A stretch of 64,000 bases of DNA, from NCBI RefSeq assembly GCF_018977255.1, contig NW_024704754.1, positions 18,972,001-19,036,000 on the forward strand, given 5' to 3'. Source of the stretch: Callorhinchus milii. Its lineage: Eukaryota. The position numbers and the translations under genes were made by a program. Below the pieces are notes generated by a model that saw only the letters and a program-made list of their open reading frames with translations, ran no database searches and was not told the origin of the DNA. Below, in pieces: positions 11,245 through 22,830 of this stretch. Positions within the stretch are counted from its first letter, which is position 1, and each line of letters starts with the position of its first letter.

Positions 11245-11805
11245 GTCTCCCTCAGTCACTCGCCCGCTCACTCCCTCAGTCACTCACCCGCTCACTCCCT
11301 CAGTCACTTGCTCGCTCACTCCCTCACTCCCTCAGTCACTTGCTCGTTCACTCCCTCAGTCACTTGCTCGCTCACTCCCTCACTCCCTCAGTCACTTGCT
11401 CGCTCACTCCCTCAGTCACTCACTCGCTCACTCCCTCACTCCCTCAGTCACTTGCTCGTTCACTCCCTCACTCCCTCAGTCACTTGCTCGCTCACTCCCT
11501 CACTCCCTCAGTCACTTGCTCGCTCACTCCCTCACTCCCTCAGTCACTCACTCGCTCACTCCCTCACTCCCTCAGTCACTTGCTCGCTCACTCCCTCACT
11601 CCCTCAGTCACTTGCTCGCTCACTCCCTCAGTCACTCACTCGCTCACTCCCTCAGTCACTTGCTCGCTCACTCCCTCACTCCCTCACACTCACTCCCTCA
11701 GTCACTCACTCCCTCACTCCCTCAGTCACTTGCTCGCTCACTCCCTCAGTCACTTGCTCGCTCACTCCCTCAGTCACTCACTCCCTCACTCCCTTAGTCA
11801 CTTGC
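11245..11805. repeat. Compound minisatellite (cactccct / cagtcacttgctcgct) in the last CD74 intron
   Basis: About 560 bp of 8-, 16- and 24-bp units starting 10 nt after the donor. Confidence 0.95.
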
Positions 11806-12109
11806 TCGCCAGCTCCATTGTTACAACAACAAAATTGCATTTGTAAAGTGCCTTTCACTTTGGGAGGACGTCCCAAGGCACTGAATAAGGGGCAGTTACA
11901 GTCCACACAGTCCCCGCACTGCAGTACATCAGCCACACACACACAAACTCACACATACATATACATGCACATGCACACACACACGCATATACACACACAG
12001 AGGGCCCAGCCGTGCACAGCCCCAGTCAGTGGCCAGTGGCCGAGGGCAGGGCTGTTAACGTGAGGGTTTGTAATAAACCCAGTTCATCTGAACATGTTTT
12101 GTGTTGCAG

Positions 12110-12217
12110 GAAACTAAAGCAGTCGAGGCCGTCACTGGGAGCTTCGCTGGGAGCTGCTGACAGCAATAACCGTAACTGCACCATAATCGCTTTTTTACTG
12201 ATTTGTTGAAAAATAAA
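12110..12217 (+). CDS. CD74: CD74 terminal exon (completes the split T|GA stop codon; remainder is 3' UTR)
   Basis: gtgttgcag|ga. AATAAA at 12212-12217 and 12252-12257. The joined CDS is 963 nt, i.e. 320 aa plus stop. Confidence 0.6.
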
Positions 12218-13875
12218 CTTTAGCAAAACCAGCGAATGATCCGAACCGAACAATAAACAGCCTGCCGAGACCCCCCTCCCCTGTCACCTCGCTAACCCCC
12301 CACCCCCCCTCCTGTCCCCTCCCCCCATTCCCTCACCCCCCACAGGTCACCTCAGTTAATTTACACAAAAATAATTCAGGTTCCACCGTTTAGATTCTTT
12401 GCTGATCTTTAAAGTACGAATTTTTGCCCCTTTGAGTTCAGTTGACATTGTTTCCTCCCTCCCTCCTGCGTGCCCACACCCTCCCCCCCGGCCCCCTCTC
12501 CCCACACACACCCCTCGCCCACAAACCTCGTGCCCCCCACCGCTCTGACGGCTGTTATTGTTCAGTTCCCTTTTTTTAATCAATAATCAATTTGCTAAAC
12601 CGCTGTTTCTGTTTTTTTACGTTACTTGTTTTTTTGGGGTGGGGTCTACGCTGGATGTTTTGTTGGGGTGGTGGGGTTTTGTGTGGGGGTTAAAGTTACT
12701 GAGCTTGGGGAAGGTTTGGGGGTCTGACAGGTGTGGAAACCCATCAATTACTGTGCTTAAGAGCCTCCAAACCCAAGCTGAGATGGCCACCAACTCAGCA
12801 ATAAACCCCGTCACCAGAAATAAAACATCATAAAAAAACCTCTCATGTTCTGGCCTCTGATCATCCAAGTCTCTGGTTGCCAGGACAAGGTCAGCTGTGA
12901 CTGACGGACACTCACTGAACAGGGGGAGAGCATTGAGGTGCTCGCACTCTGCGCTGGTGTTTGCATTGACCATGGGGGTGGGGGTGGGGGGGGGAAGGCT
13001 GAGCTCAGCTCTGTGTCTGTGTCTGTGTGCTCGGAGCAGAAGCTGTGGTCACCTCTGGGGTGGGGAAAACATGGGTCCCACGTGTTTGATGTAGGTAGTT
13101 TCCAGAGGAACTGAGAACCAGTTGGGGAGGACACTTTAAATGTTGAGGAGAAAATGGAGTCAGGAATGCTCAGTCCCCCCAACCCTACCCTCCCAGTCCA
13201 ACACGACTGTTCTATCTCAGGGCTGACGTCCCCGGTGTCAGGTGGGGGGGGGGCTGGGGGGGGGGGAATTAATTGTGCAGGTGATTAAACCCCTCTTGAG
13301 GGGGGGATGGAAGAGCAGGTCAACAGGAATGAAAGGTTTCCTCTTAAAAGACACGGCACAGACACAATGAGCTAAGTGGGGGCTCCTGAGGGGGAGACTC
13401 TGTGGGTCTGGAATCCACTCGCCCTTCCCACAACAGCACAACACAGCCGGGCTCCTGCTGTGTTTCAATCACACGTGAACCACAGGAGACTCGTGTCTGA
13501 CAGTCAATGACAGACACAGACAGACAGACAGACAGACAGACATGTGGAGGATTCTGCCCCCGGTCCCTGATTGGCTGACCAGCGCTGGGTTTGTTCTGAT
13601 CACTAATTTTCCGCTTATTTTAGAGATTTTTGGCTTTCAATTATCATCAATTTTAACAAGAAGCTGCTTTAGCTTTCGAGTCAAAATAAATGCTGAGTTT
13701 TTAACATACCTGAATGTCTCTCAGATACACTCTCTGTCCCCGTACACACAGTTATACACACTCCGCGCACACAGATATACACACTGTCTGCACACACACA
13801 GAGATACACACAGTGTCTGCACACACACAGATGTACATACACTGCTCACACACAGATGTTTACACAAACTATTCA

Positions 13876-14310
13876 GCCTGGAACAGTGGTGGCGCTCTCT
13901 CTCGCCTCTGAGTGAGAAGGTTGTGGGTTCAAGCCCCACGTCAGGTCTTGGAATCACACGGTCTTAGCTGACGCCCCAATGCAGCACTGGGGGCCATTGC
14001 ATTGTCGGAGGTGCTGTCCTTTGGATGAGATGTTAAACCGAGGTCCCGTCTGCCTGTTCAGGTGGATGTTAAAGATCCTGCGGGGCTATTGGAAAAGAGA
14101 AGGTAGTTTCTCTCTCCCTCCCGTTCTCCTGGACAGCAGTCCCTCAAATAGAAGTGGTCACTCGCTCTCTGGCTGCTTTGAGCAAATTGGCTGCCACATT
14201 TCACCCACAAAATACACAGTCACTGCACTTTACAGCATATTCTATGAAGCGCTTTGAAATGTCTCAACAACGTGGTATGGTGCTATATCAAATGCAAGGA
14301 TTATTACTAT
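13876..14310 (+). mobile_element. Older DeuSINE-type element (SacSINE1/AmnSINE1-like)
   Basis: tRNA-like head (ggttcaagcccc), then the central domain tgtcggaggtgctgtcctttggatgagatgttaaaccgaggtcccgtctgcc...ggtggatgttaaagatcc, which resembles the Deu domain as I recall it, then the shared SINE tail. Confidence 0.7.
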
Positions 14311-15329
14311 TATTACTCACAGCAGCAGCACACTCTTCACTCATGCACACTCTGTACCAACTCACACTCCACACACACACTCATGCACACACACAAACAC
14401 TCACGCAACACACAAACAACGGGTAACAACATGGGTTAGGAAGAAATGGGTGTTAATCATCACATCCCAGTGAACCCACTGCACATGAAGAATGCGGAAC
14501 TGACCAGTGGACACACGCTCACACAAACTCTCACGCTCACACACATTCACAGTAACACAACAGGTTGCACTACATAGCGACTATGTAGGGTGGCATCTCA
14601 GAGCTCTCACACACACTCACTCACACACACACACACGTGTCAGGTCACTGGACAAGCATCAGGTGATGATGCGTCAGGTACCTGAGTCTAACCACAAGCC
14701 CCGGGGAGATTCTGACTGAGAAAAGGGGATGTGAAATAACAAACCTCATCATTTCCAGAGAAAGTGCTGAGATTGAGGTACCGTGTGGAGGAAACGGGGT
14801 CGTCCATGCAAACAGGAAACATCTGCTGTGAGTGTGTGTGTGAGCACTTGGGTGTGCTCTTCACTGTGACACACTCACCCCCCACCCCCGCCTTGCTATG
14901 TTGGTCATTGTGTCTCACTCTCACCATGTTTTCTGCCCTCTAATCCTGAGTGCACAACACAACACAAAACATCTCAAAGCATTTCCCAGGGACTGGTTGT
15001 AAGTGCAGTGACTGTATTTAAAATCACCCACAGCCACTAAGTGAATGAGCAAATAATCTGGAGGATTGTTGGCCAGGACAATGGGAGAAACTGCCTTCTC
15101 TCTTCCAATCTCCTGATAAAAGTTTGAGCCTAAATTCTGAGCTCAAAGCCCCTGAAAAGGGGCTTGAAGCCACAATCACACCCCCAGACCATAGAGCCAT
15201 CAGAGCAACCAACACTCGGTGGCCATCAAGTCTGTATATCTGGACATGACACACTCTCTGCCTCTCGAGATATTCCTTTCCCTGGATTGAAATGTAAATG
15301 AATTGCTCTTTAATCTGTTGCTCAGTGAT

Positions 15330-18300
15330 TGGAGCAGAGAGCCCAACAGCGCCAGGAGGCAACTGAGTGAGGTGGAACAGAGTGAGAATTCTGTTAAGGA
15401 GTTTGATGAGAGTGGGAATTCTTCAGCAAGAGAGACACCAGAGAGCAAGAGAGAACTTTTTCATTCAGCAGAAGAGTAGGAAATCTTTGATGAGGTAGAG
15501 GCGACATTATATGTAAGTAGACAAATAAGTCAATTAGCAGTTAATCACAGGCCAGGTGTTGCAGATCAATACATTTGCTGACCAGTCGAAACTGGGTGCT
15601 TTTGTTTAAGTCCAAAATAAAAGGGAAGACTGGCGAGAGCCTCACTTGAGCAGAGAGCCCAGCAGCGTGAGGAGGGAATGGAAGGAGAATTCTGTTAATG
15701 AACTTGGTGAGAATGGGAATTCAGTGCTGAGAGGGAAATTATACCAGTGAGAGTGATGACACCTCTGGGGAGGGGAGTCAAAAGCAATTAGATGCACAGG
15801 GGGACACAGGGGAGAGTGTCAATGCAAATATCATTGGGGACACAATAGTGAAAGGAGTAGACAGGTATTTCTGCAACCAAAGACGTGACTCTTGCATGGT
15901 ATGTTGCCTCCCTGGTGCCAGGGTTGAAGACATCATGGAATGAGTGCAAAACATTCTATAGGGGAAGGGGAACATCCAGAAGTCGTGGTCCATGTTGGGA
16001 TCCATGACATAGGGAAAAAAATGGCTGAGGTCCTACAGGGAGAGTATCAGAAGCTCAGGAAAAAGCTAAAGAGTAGGACCTCAAAGGTGGTGATCTCTGG
16101 ATGACTCCCAGTGCCTCGTGCAAGTGAGTATCAAAACAGGAGGATCAAACACATGAATGCATGGCTGGAGAAATGGTGCAGAAAGGAGGGCTTCAGGTTT
16201 CTGGAACATTGGGACTAGTTCTGGGGCAGGTGGGACCTGTTCAAGGTGGTTGGGTTACACCTGAACAGGGCTGGGACCAATGTCCTCGCAGGGAGGTTAA
16301 CTAGTGCTGTGGATAAGGTTTAAACTAATTTTGAGGGGTGAGGGAATCAGGATGAGCATTAGAGGAACAAGTTATATAGAGAGTTGGGAGAGACAAATAG
16401 CAATGTAATAAGGAGTAATCCAGAAAAAGGAGGGATTGGATGGGGGAGAAATGCAGAATAAGTTGGTCTTGGAGTGAATGTGTGTAAATGCACAGTGTGT
16501 GACAAATAAGCTTGGTGAGCTGTGGCTCGAGTTACCACATGGGGTTATGATGTAGTGGCAATAACAGAGGCCTGGCTCAAACAAGGCAGGAGTGGGAGCT
16601 GAATATCCCGGCTACGATGTACTCAGGAGGGATAGGGAAGGGAAAATGGAGGGGGTTGGGGGCAATATTGATTAAAGACACAGTTACGGCCTTGGAAAGG
16701 GACGATGTGCTATAGTGTCCAACAACACAATCTATTTGGTTGCAGTTAAGGAGCTGTTACTCTGTTAGGTATTTACTATAGAAGGAGATAGACGAGCAAA
16801 TCTACAAGCAGATTTCAGAACGATGTGAAACCAATAGAGTAGTGATAATGGGGGACTTTAATTATAACAATAACAAAATTACATTTATAGAGCGCCTTTC
16901 ATGTCGGGAGGACGTCCCATAGCACTGGAGGGATGTATTCAGGAGGGATAGGGCAGGAAAAATGGAGAGGGGTGGGGGCAATATTGATTAAAGACACGGT
17001 TACAGCTCTGGAAAGGGACACTTTGCGAGAGTGTTAGAAAAAGGAGGGTTATGACAAATGTCAGGTCCAAAATACAGAAGATAATCAAATAGAATATAGA
17101 AAGTACAGAGAAGAACTGAAAAGGGAAATAAGAGGCAAAGAGATTGTATGAGAAAAGATTAGTGGGTAATATAAAAGGGAATTATAAAGTATTTTATAAG
17201 CATATAAAGAATAGAAAGTTAATCAAAGGTCGGGTGGATCCAATTGGGGACCAAACAGGAAATCGTCTTGTAGAGGCAGAGGGCATGGCTGACGTACTGA
17301 ATGAGTACATTGCATCTGTCTTCACAAGAGAAGAGGATGCAGCCAATGCTCTAGTATCAGAGGAGAGGAGAGGGGAGAGAAATTGGATAATATAAGACTA
17401 AACTGAGAGGAGGTACTAAAAAGGTTGTCGGTGCTCAAGGTGGATAAGTCACCCGGTCCGGATGGGATGCATCCTGGGTTATTGAGGGAAGTGAGGGTGG
17501 AAATAACGGAGGCTCTGACCACAATCTTTCAATCCTCCTGGGACACTGCGGTGGTGCCAGAGGACTGGAGGGCTGCAAATGTTATTCCCCGTACAAAAAG
17601 GGGCAGAAGGATAAACCCGGAAACCACAGGCCAGTCAGCCTAACGCCAGTAGTGGGGAAACTTCTAGAGACTAGAATCCGGGAGAAAATACATTTTCACT
17701 TAGAGAGATCTTGGTCAATAAAGGAAAGTCAACGTGGGTTTGTTAAAGGCAAATCAAGAGGAGATAAGAGGAGACTTTATAGAAGTTTTCAAAATGATGA
17801 GGGGATTCGATAGGATGAACGAGGAGAAACTATTCCCACTGGCGGGAGGGTCAGTAACCCGAGGACACTGATTTAAAATAGTTGTTAAAAGAAACAGAGG
17901 GGAGGGGAGGAGAAATGTGTTCACACAGCGAGTTGTTGGGATCTGGAATACATTGCCTGAAAGGCCGGTGGGAGCCGATTCTATAAGAGAGAAGTAGATA
18001 ATTATTAGGGGAGGACAAGTTTGCAGGGCTATGGGGAGAGAGTGGGGGAGTGGGGTTGGTCAGGGCTATGGGGAGAGAGCGGGGAGTGGGGTTGATCAGG
18101 GCTATGGGGAGAGAGCGGGGGAGTGGGGTTGATCAGGGCTATGGGGAGAGCGGGGGAGTGGGGTTGATCAGGGCTATGGGGAGAGAGCGGGGGAGTGGGG
18201 TTGATCAGGGCTATGGGGAGAGAGTGGGGGAGTGGGGTTGATCAGGGCTATGGGGAGAGAGCGGGGGAGTGGGGTTGACTTGGAAGTTCTTTCCAAAGAG

Positions 18301-18358
18301 CAGCACAGACACGATGGGCCGAATGGCCTCCTTCTGTGCTGTATGGTTCTATTATTTT
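15330..18358 (+). pseudogene. Degenerate, internally deleted CR1 LINE
   Basis: ORF1 SGNH-esterase remnant IGDTIVKGVDRYFCNQRRDSCMVCCLPGARVEDI (~15833). Endonuclease remnant VAITEAWLKQG...IPGYDVLRRDR (~16550). KSPGPDGMHP...VPEDWRAANV...RPVSLT (~17445-17650). Then a jump to the ORF2 C-terminus and 3' UTR. Many stops and frameshifts; most of the RT domain is missing. Confidence 0.92.
18025..18277 (+). repeat. 37-bp minisatellite inside the CR1 3' UTR
   Basis: About 7 copies of gatcagggctatggggagagagcgggggagtggggtt. Confidence 0.92.
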
Positions 18359-18360
18359 TG

Positions 18361-18685
18361 AGCACTGGCCTCGCACGCGAGAGACCTGGGTTCGATTCCC
18401 GGCAGGGCAAAACGATGGGCAAGTTTCCTTACTCCACACGCCTCTGTTTACTCAGCAGTAAGTAGGAACCCAGTTGTTAGTTGATTGGTGGATTGCTTTT
18501 CCGGGGGTAATAAACCCTTCAAAAAAAAAAAAAATGTGGGGACGCTGCTGTGCGCAATTGGCTGCCGTGTTTCGCCCGCAAAATATACAGCGAATTTCAC
18601 TTTATGGTATGTTCTGTGAAGCGCTTTGAGATGTCTGGAAAGACGTGATAAGGCGCTGTATCAAATGCAATGATTGTTTTATTAT
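18361..18685 (+). mobile_element. SINE copy abutting the CR1 tail
   Basis: Starts mid tRNA head (B-box ggttcgattcc); full body and tail. Confidence 0.88.
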
Positions 18686-20099
18686 TTATTTGAATAGAAG
18701 AGGGATTTTATGCTGTGGTCCTGCCCAACAATCCCCCAGATAATGCAAATTGGCTGCTGCGTTTGCCCAGAAACACACAGTCACTACACTTGCCAGCGAT
18801 GGTCTGTAAGGTACTGGGAGCTATTTGAAGGTTCCAGGCGCGGTATGAAATGTAGGGATTATTACACTGAAGTGCCCACAGTCAGTGGTTATATGTAATT
18901 ACAGGAATCTCCCGGAGAACACAGAAAGCAAATCAGTTTCTCTGGAACTGCGGTGACTGAGCCTCAGGTCTATCAGTTGGTCCACAGCGCCACCTGGTGC
19001 CTCAACGCTGCAGCATCGGGGCAAGGATGGCCATGACAAGAGGTGAGTCGAAGGTGGTGGTGTTGTTGTTGTTGTCGATGGTGGTTCACTGCTCACTTCT
19101 CCTGAGTTTCACGCGCAGCACTCTGCACGTCACTCGCCTGCTAACACAGTCACTACGCTTCACAGTGAAATCCCGTTCAGTGCTTTGAGACGTCGTGCCA
19201 GTTCGTCCACAAGATGCACAGTCACTACGCTTTCAGTATAGCCTGAAGTGCTTTGAGATGTCTTGAAGGTGTGATAAGGCGCTGTATCAAATTTGAGGAT
19301 TATTATCATTATTATGTTTACCCTGTAAGTAAAGAGACATTTACTGCTGCCTTTTCTGAAATTGCCCTTCACGCCCCTGACTCCGTGCTCCCCACCCAGA
19401 CCCTCCCCCACCCTCCAGATGGGGCCACAATTGCCCCCGGGGTTGAGATGGGGGTAGAAATCAATGAGCTGAAGCTGCCACAGCCCAGAGCCTCCTGACA
19501 GAATGTGGACATTTGGTGCGGTCGGGGTCGGCCTCTGGCACCAGGTTAAGCCATGTCAGAAGAACGAGCAATGGCTAAGGATTAGACAGGCTGCGAGATT
19601 GTCTCAGAAGGAATCTTAAATAAGATTTTAAATGGAGTTAAATAAACCGCACACTGTCGTCGTGTGGCTACACATTGTTACTACATCATACACTCATATG
19701 GGGCTTCCACCCACATCCTTCCAACCGAGATAATTGTGGGGAAGAAACAGCGGTGGCTCTGGGCTGGGGTTTGGTTTGAATATCAAGACCCTCTGTTTCG
19801 ACCGTGACTTTGGTTATCCTCCCTTCTCCTCCTCCTCATCCACCCCGCGCCCCCCCCGCCCCATCTCTGCCCAGGGGAGTGACTCTCGGTGTAGGTGAGT
19901 TAACCCGGCACAGGCTAGGGATTATACCCGTTGTCGCTGTTGTTGTTGTAGAGGGAGTGGATAAAGACACAGTCCAACACACGCACAAAATGTGTTTTAA
20001 TGTTATAATCAGTACAAATCCTTACTGTGTTACATCAACAGCCTGCAGTGGCCCGGGAGGCAGGCGTGACCTGGGTGACACACACGGATCATGTGTTAT

Positions 20100-20478
20100 A
20101 GTCCTGTAGCTCAGTGGTTAGAGCCCTCGCCTCGCAAGCGAGAGGACCTGGGTTTGATTCCTGGGAAGGGGGTAAAATGTTGGGAAAGTTTCCTTACTCC
20201 ACGCGGCCCTGTTTACCCAGCAGTAAGTAGGAACCCAGTTGTAAATCAATTGGCGGATCACTTCTCCGGGGGTAATAATTCCTTCAAAATAATAATAATA
20301 AATTGGTCACTTCAATCCATGACTGTTTGTGGGGACGTCGCTGCGCACAATTGGCTGCCGGGTCTTGCCCATAAAACGCACAGTTACTACACTCTACAGT
20401 ATATTTTGTGACGAAATTGAAACATCTCGAAGACGTGATAAGGCACTGTATCAAATGCCAGGATTATTATTATTATTA
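20100..20478 (+). mobile_element. Full-length tRNA-Ala(CGC)-like SINE
   Basis: A-box tagctcagtgg, anticodon arm ctcgc-ctcgcaa-gcgag, B-box-like ggtttgattcc, body and (ATT)n tail. Confidence 0.9.
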
Positions 20479-21309
20479 TAGGCAGGTTAGCAGGCACACA
20501 GGTGGTTATTACAGAGTTGGGATCGCAGGATCTTCTAAACACTCTTTATCTGCAGCTAATTAAAATATTATTGGCGACGATGGGATAAGAGAGGCTGTAA
20601 TCTTAGCAATTAATGTTAATTGGCTGATCGCGTGCTCTAATCTCTCCAATCAACCAGAGGCAGAATTCTGTCTCGCACATTAAACAATTTTACAGGACAG
20701 AAAGAGGGCCATTCAGCCCATCGTACCTAAAGTGGCCTCAGCTCTCTCACTGGAGCTCTTGGCTCTAAACCCCATTCCTCACTTTTTTTATATATATATA
20801 TATATTGTGTGTGTATATATACTGTAAAGTGAATTGACTGTATATTTTGTGTGTGAAACACGGAAGCTAATTGCGCACAGCAGTGAGTGGTGGGGAAGGG
20901 AGTGAGCGAGTGATTTATCGGGAGGATTGTTGTCCAGGAAGAGCTATTTATTATTAGTGATTGATTGTTACACCATCGATCCTTTTGAGGTCCCCAAAGG
21001 ATTTTTTTTTTTCGCTTAACAAAAAACACACATCCTGAGCAACAAAATCACATGGTTTGAGTCTATCGAGAAAACATTACAAAATGTTCTGCGGTTTCCA
21101 GCTGTTGTGTAAATCTGATAGATTCAATGTCAATCCCTCACAATTCATTCCACATGTTGTTGTGAAGCAGAAAATCTGCAGCAACAAACTCTGTATCAAC
21201 GACTCGCACCAAGTTCTCAGGATATTTTTATACAACTTTCACAACAAATTTCCATTCATGAGCTGGTGCTCCTGAGCAGCAGCCAGGTTAGCACTGTCTG
21301 CGTTCCACA

Positions 21310-21460
21310 CCAATAACATAACAACATCAACTTGCATTTCACGCAGGGCAGACAGCATCCCAGAGCACAAGGCAGTGGCAGAGCACGAGGCTGACCCGAG
21401 GGAGGGAGGTGACCGTAAGCCCAGTCATAGAGGAAAGTCTTCAGTCATTGCCTTGACCTT
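21310..21460 (-). mobile_element. L2 LINE 3' end fragment
   Basis: Similar to 30000-30170 and 35855-36060; acaacttgcattt tail. Confidence 0.6.
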
Positions 21461-22454
21461 GAGGCTGATCCTCAGGGTCGGAGAGATAAACTCTGACACC
21501 AGAACATAGCCATTAGGACATAACAGTAATGAGCTTGGAAGAGCTGTGAGACCGTTTGACATGAGAAAAAGCTATAAAAATGCAAGCGGGAAACAGATAG
21601 CGATCACATCAGGAGAAGCGATCCTCGAGCTGAGGTTACAGCCAATGTGGCGTGAGCTGTGGGACTGGGATCAGGCAGTCCGGGGAGCGAGTGGCGGGTT
21701 AATGGAGTTTGGAGACGAATAAAGAGCTGGTCTCTCCTGGCCCTGGCGCTGGCCCTGGCTCTGCTGTCAGGTCTGGCACAAGCTTTAATACAATAAAAGA
21801 CCCAACTCTCCCGCTGTCTTTGAAATATAAATCTGTTATTTGCCAGCGGGGATCCTGAGCCAGGCTTTAGCTTCATTGAGTACCAGCTCCTCGTTCTCAC
21901 CATGGCCACAGAATGTGGTTTTAATCCTTTAGCAGCTAATGCCGTCGTCAGCTTCTCCTTCCACACGCGCTCTCACACACACACTGTGGTCCACACTCCC
22001 GGGTTAGAGACGCAATAAAGCTCCCTCTACGCACTCTCTGGTCAGCCACAGTGTGGAGTGACTGTCCAGCTGCCGAGGCACCACATCATAACAAGAGGGA
22101 AATGTAACCGTAATCAGTAAATAGCCACTTGGAGCTGTGCTGTGTGCTGGAGAGCCAGTCTCTGGCTATGTTGCTGGAAGCTACCCTGTGTGAGGGACGC
22201 TATATAAATGCAAGTTCTTGTTGTTGTTGCTGGTTGGAATGAATAGGATTTCTCCCCCAGGCCGGGCACAGTGATTATCTGGAGCGTCACACAAACCTCA
22301 GCACAGCTGCAAATGGGCGGCAGATGTGGCTGCAGCTGCAACACTGAGAGCAAATCACATTCTACCGTCAGATGAACGAGTTTCTTACCAACAAATCTTT
22401 GGAACCGAACAGACCCCTCGAGCTGACCTCTGCTTTCCTAAAATAGTTCTGCAA

Positions 22455-22830
22455 CAATAATAATCCTGGCACTTGATACAGCGCCTTATCACGTCTTTGA
22501 GACGTCTCAAAGCGCTTCACAGAATCATACTGTAAAGTGCAGTGACTGTATATTTTGTGGGTGAAACGCGGCAGCCAATTGCGCACAGCAGTGAGTGTCC
22601 CACAAACAGTCGTGGATTGAGTGACCGCATTTTTTTGAGGAATTATTACCCCCAGAAAAGATCCACCAATCGACTAACAACTGGGTTCTGACTTACTGGC
22701 AGGTAAACCGAGGCGTGTGTGTGTGTGTCTGGTGTGAGGAAATTTGACTGAGGTTTAGCCCTGCCCGGGAATCAAACCCATGTCCTCTCGCTTGTGAGGC
22801 GAGCGCCCTAATCACAACTCTATAGGACTC
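22455..22830 (-). mobile_element. Full-length SINE, minus strand
   Basis: Reverse complement of head, body and tail. Confidence 0.88.

Noticed and set aside
11230-12063. 277-aa His/Ser/Leu-rich ORF
   Set aside because: Translation of the intronic minisatellite.
20100-20172. tRNA-Ala(CGC)-like cloverleafs (also ~39857, ~47827 and minus-strand copies)
   Set aside because: Each continues into the SINE body and (ATT)n tail and carries mismatches. These are SINE heads, not tRNA genes.
21645-21800. Hydrophobic peptide WSLLALALALALLSGLAQA on + and a 120-aa ORF on -
   Set aside because: No start codon in that + frame, a poor acceptor and a weak donor. The hydrophobicity comes from a short ctggcc repeat. 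No recognisable homology.
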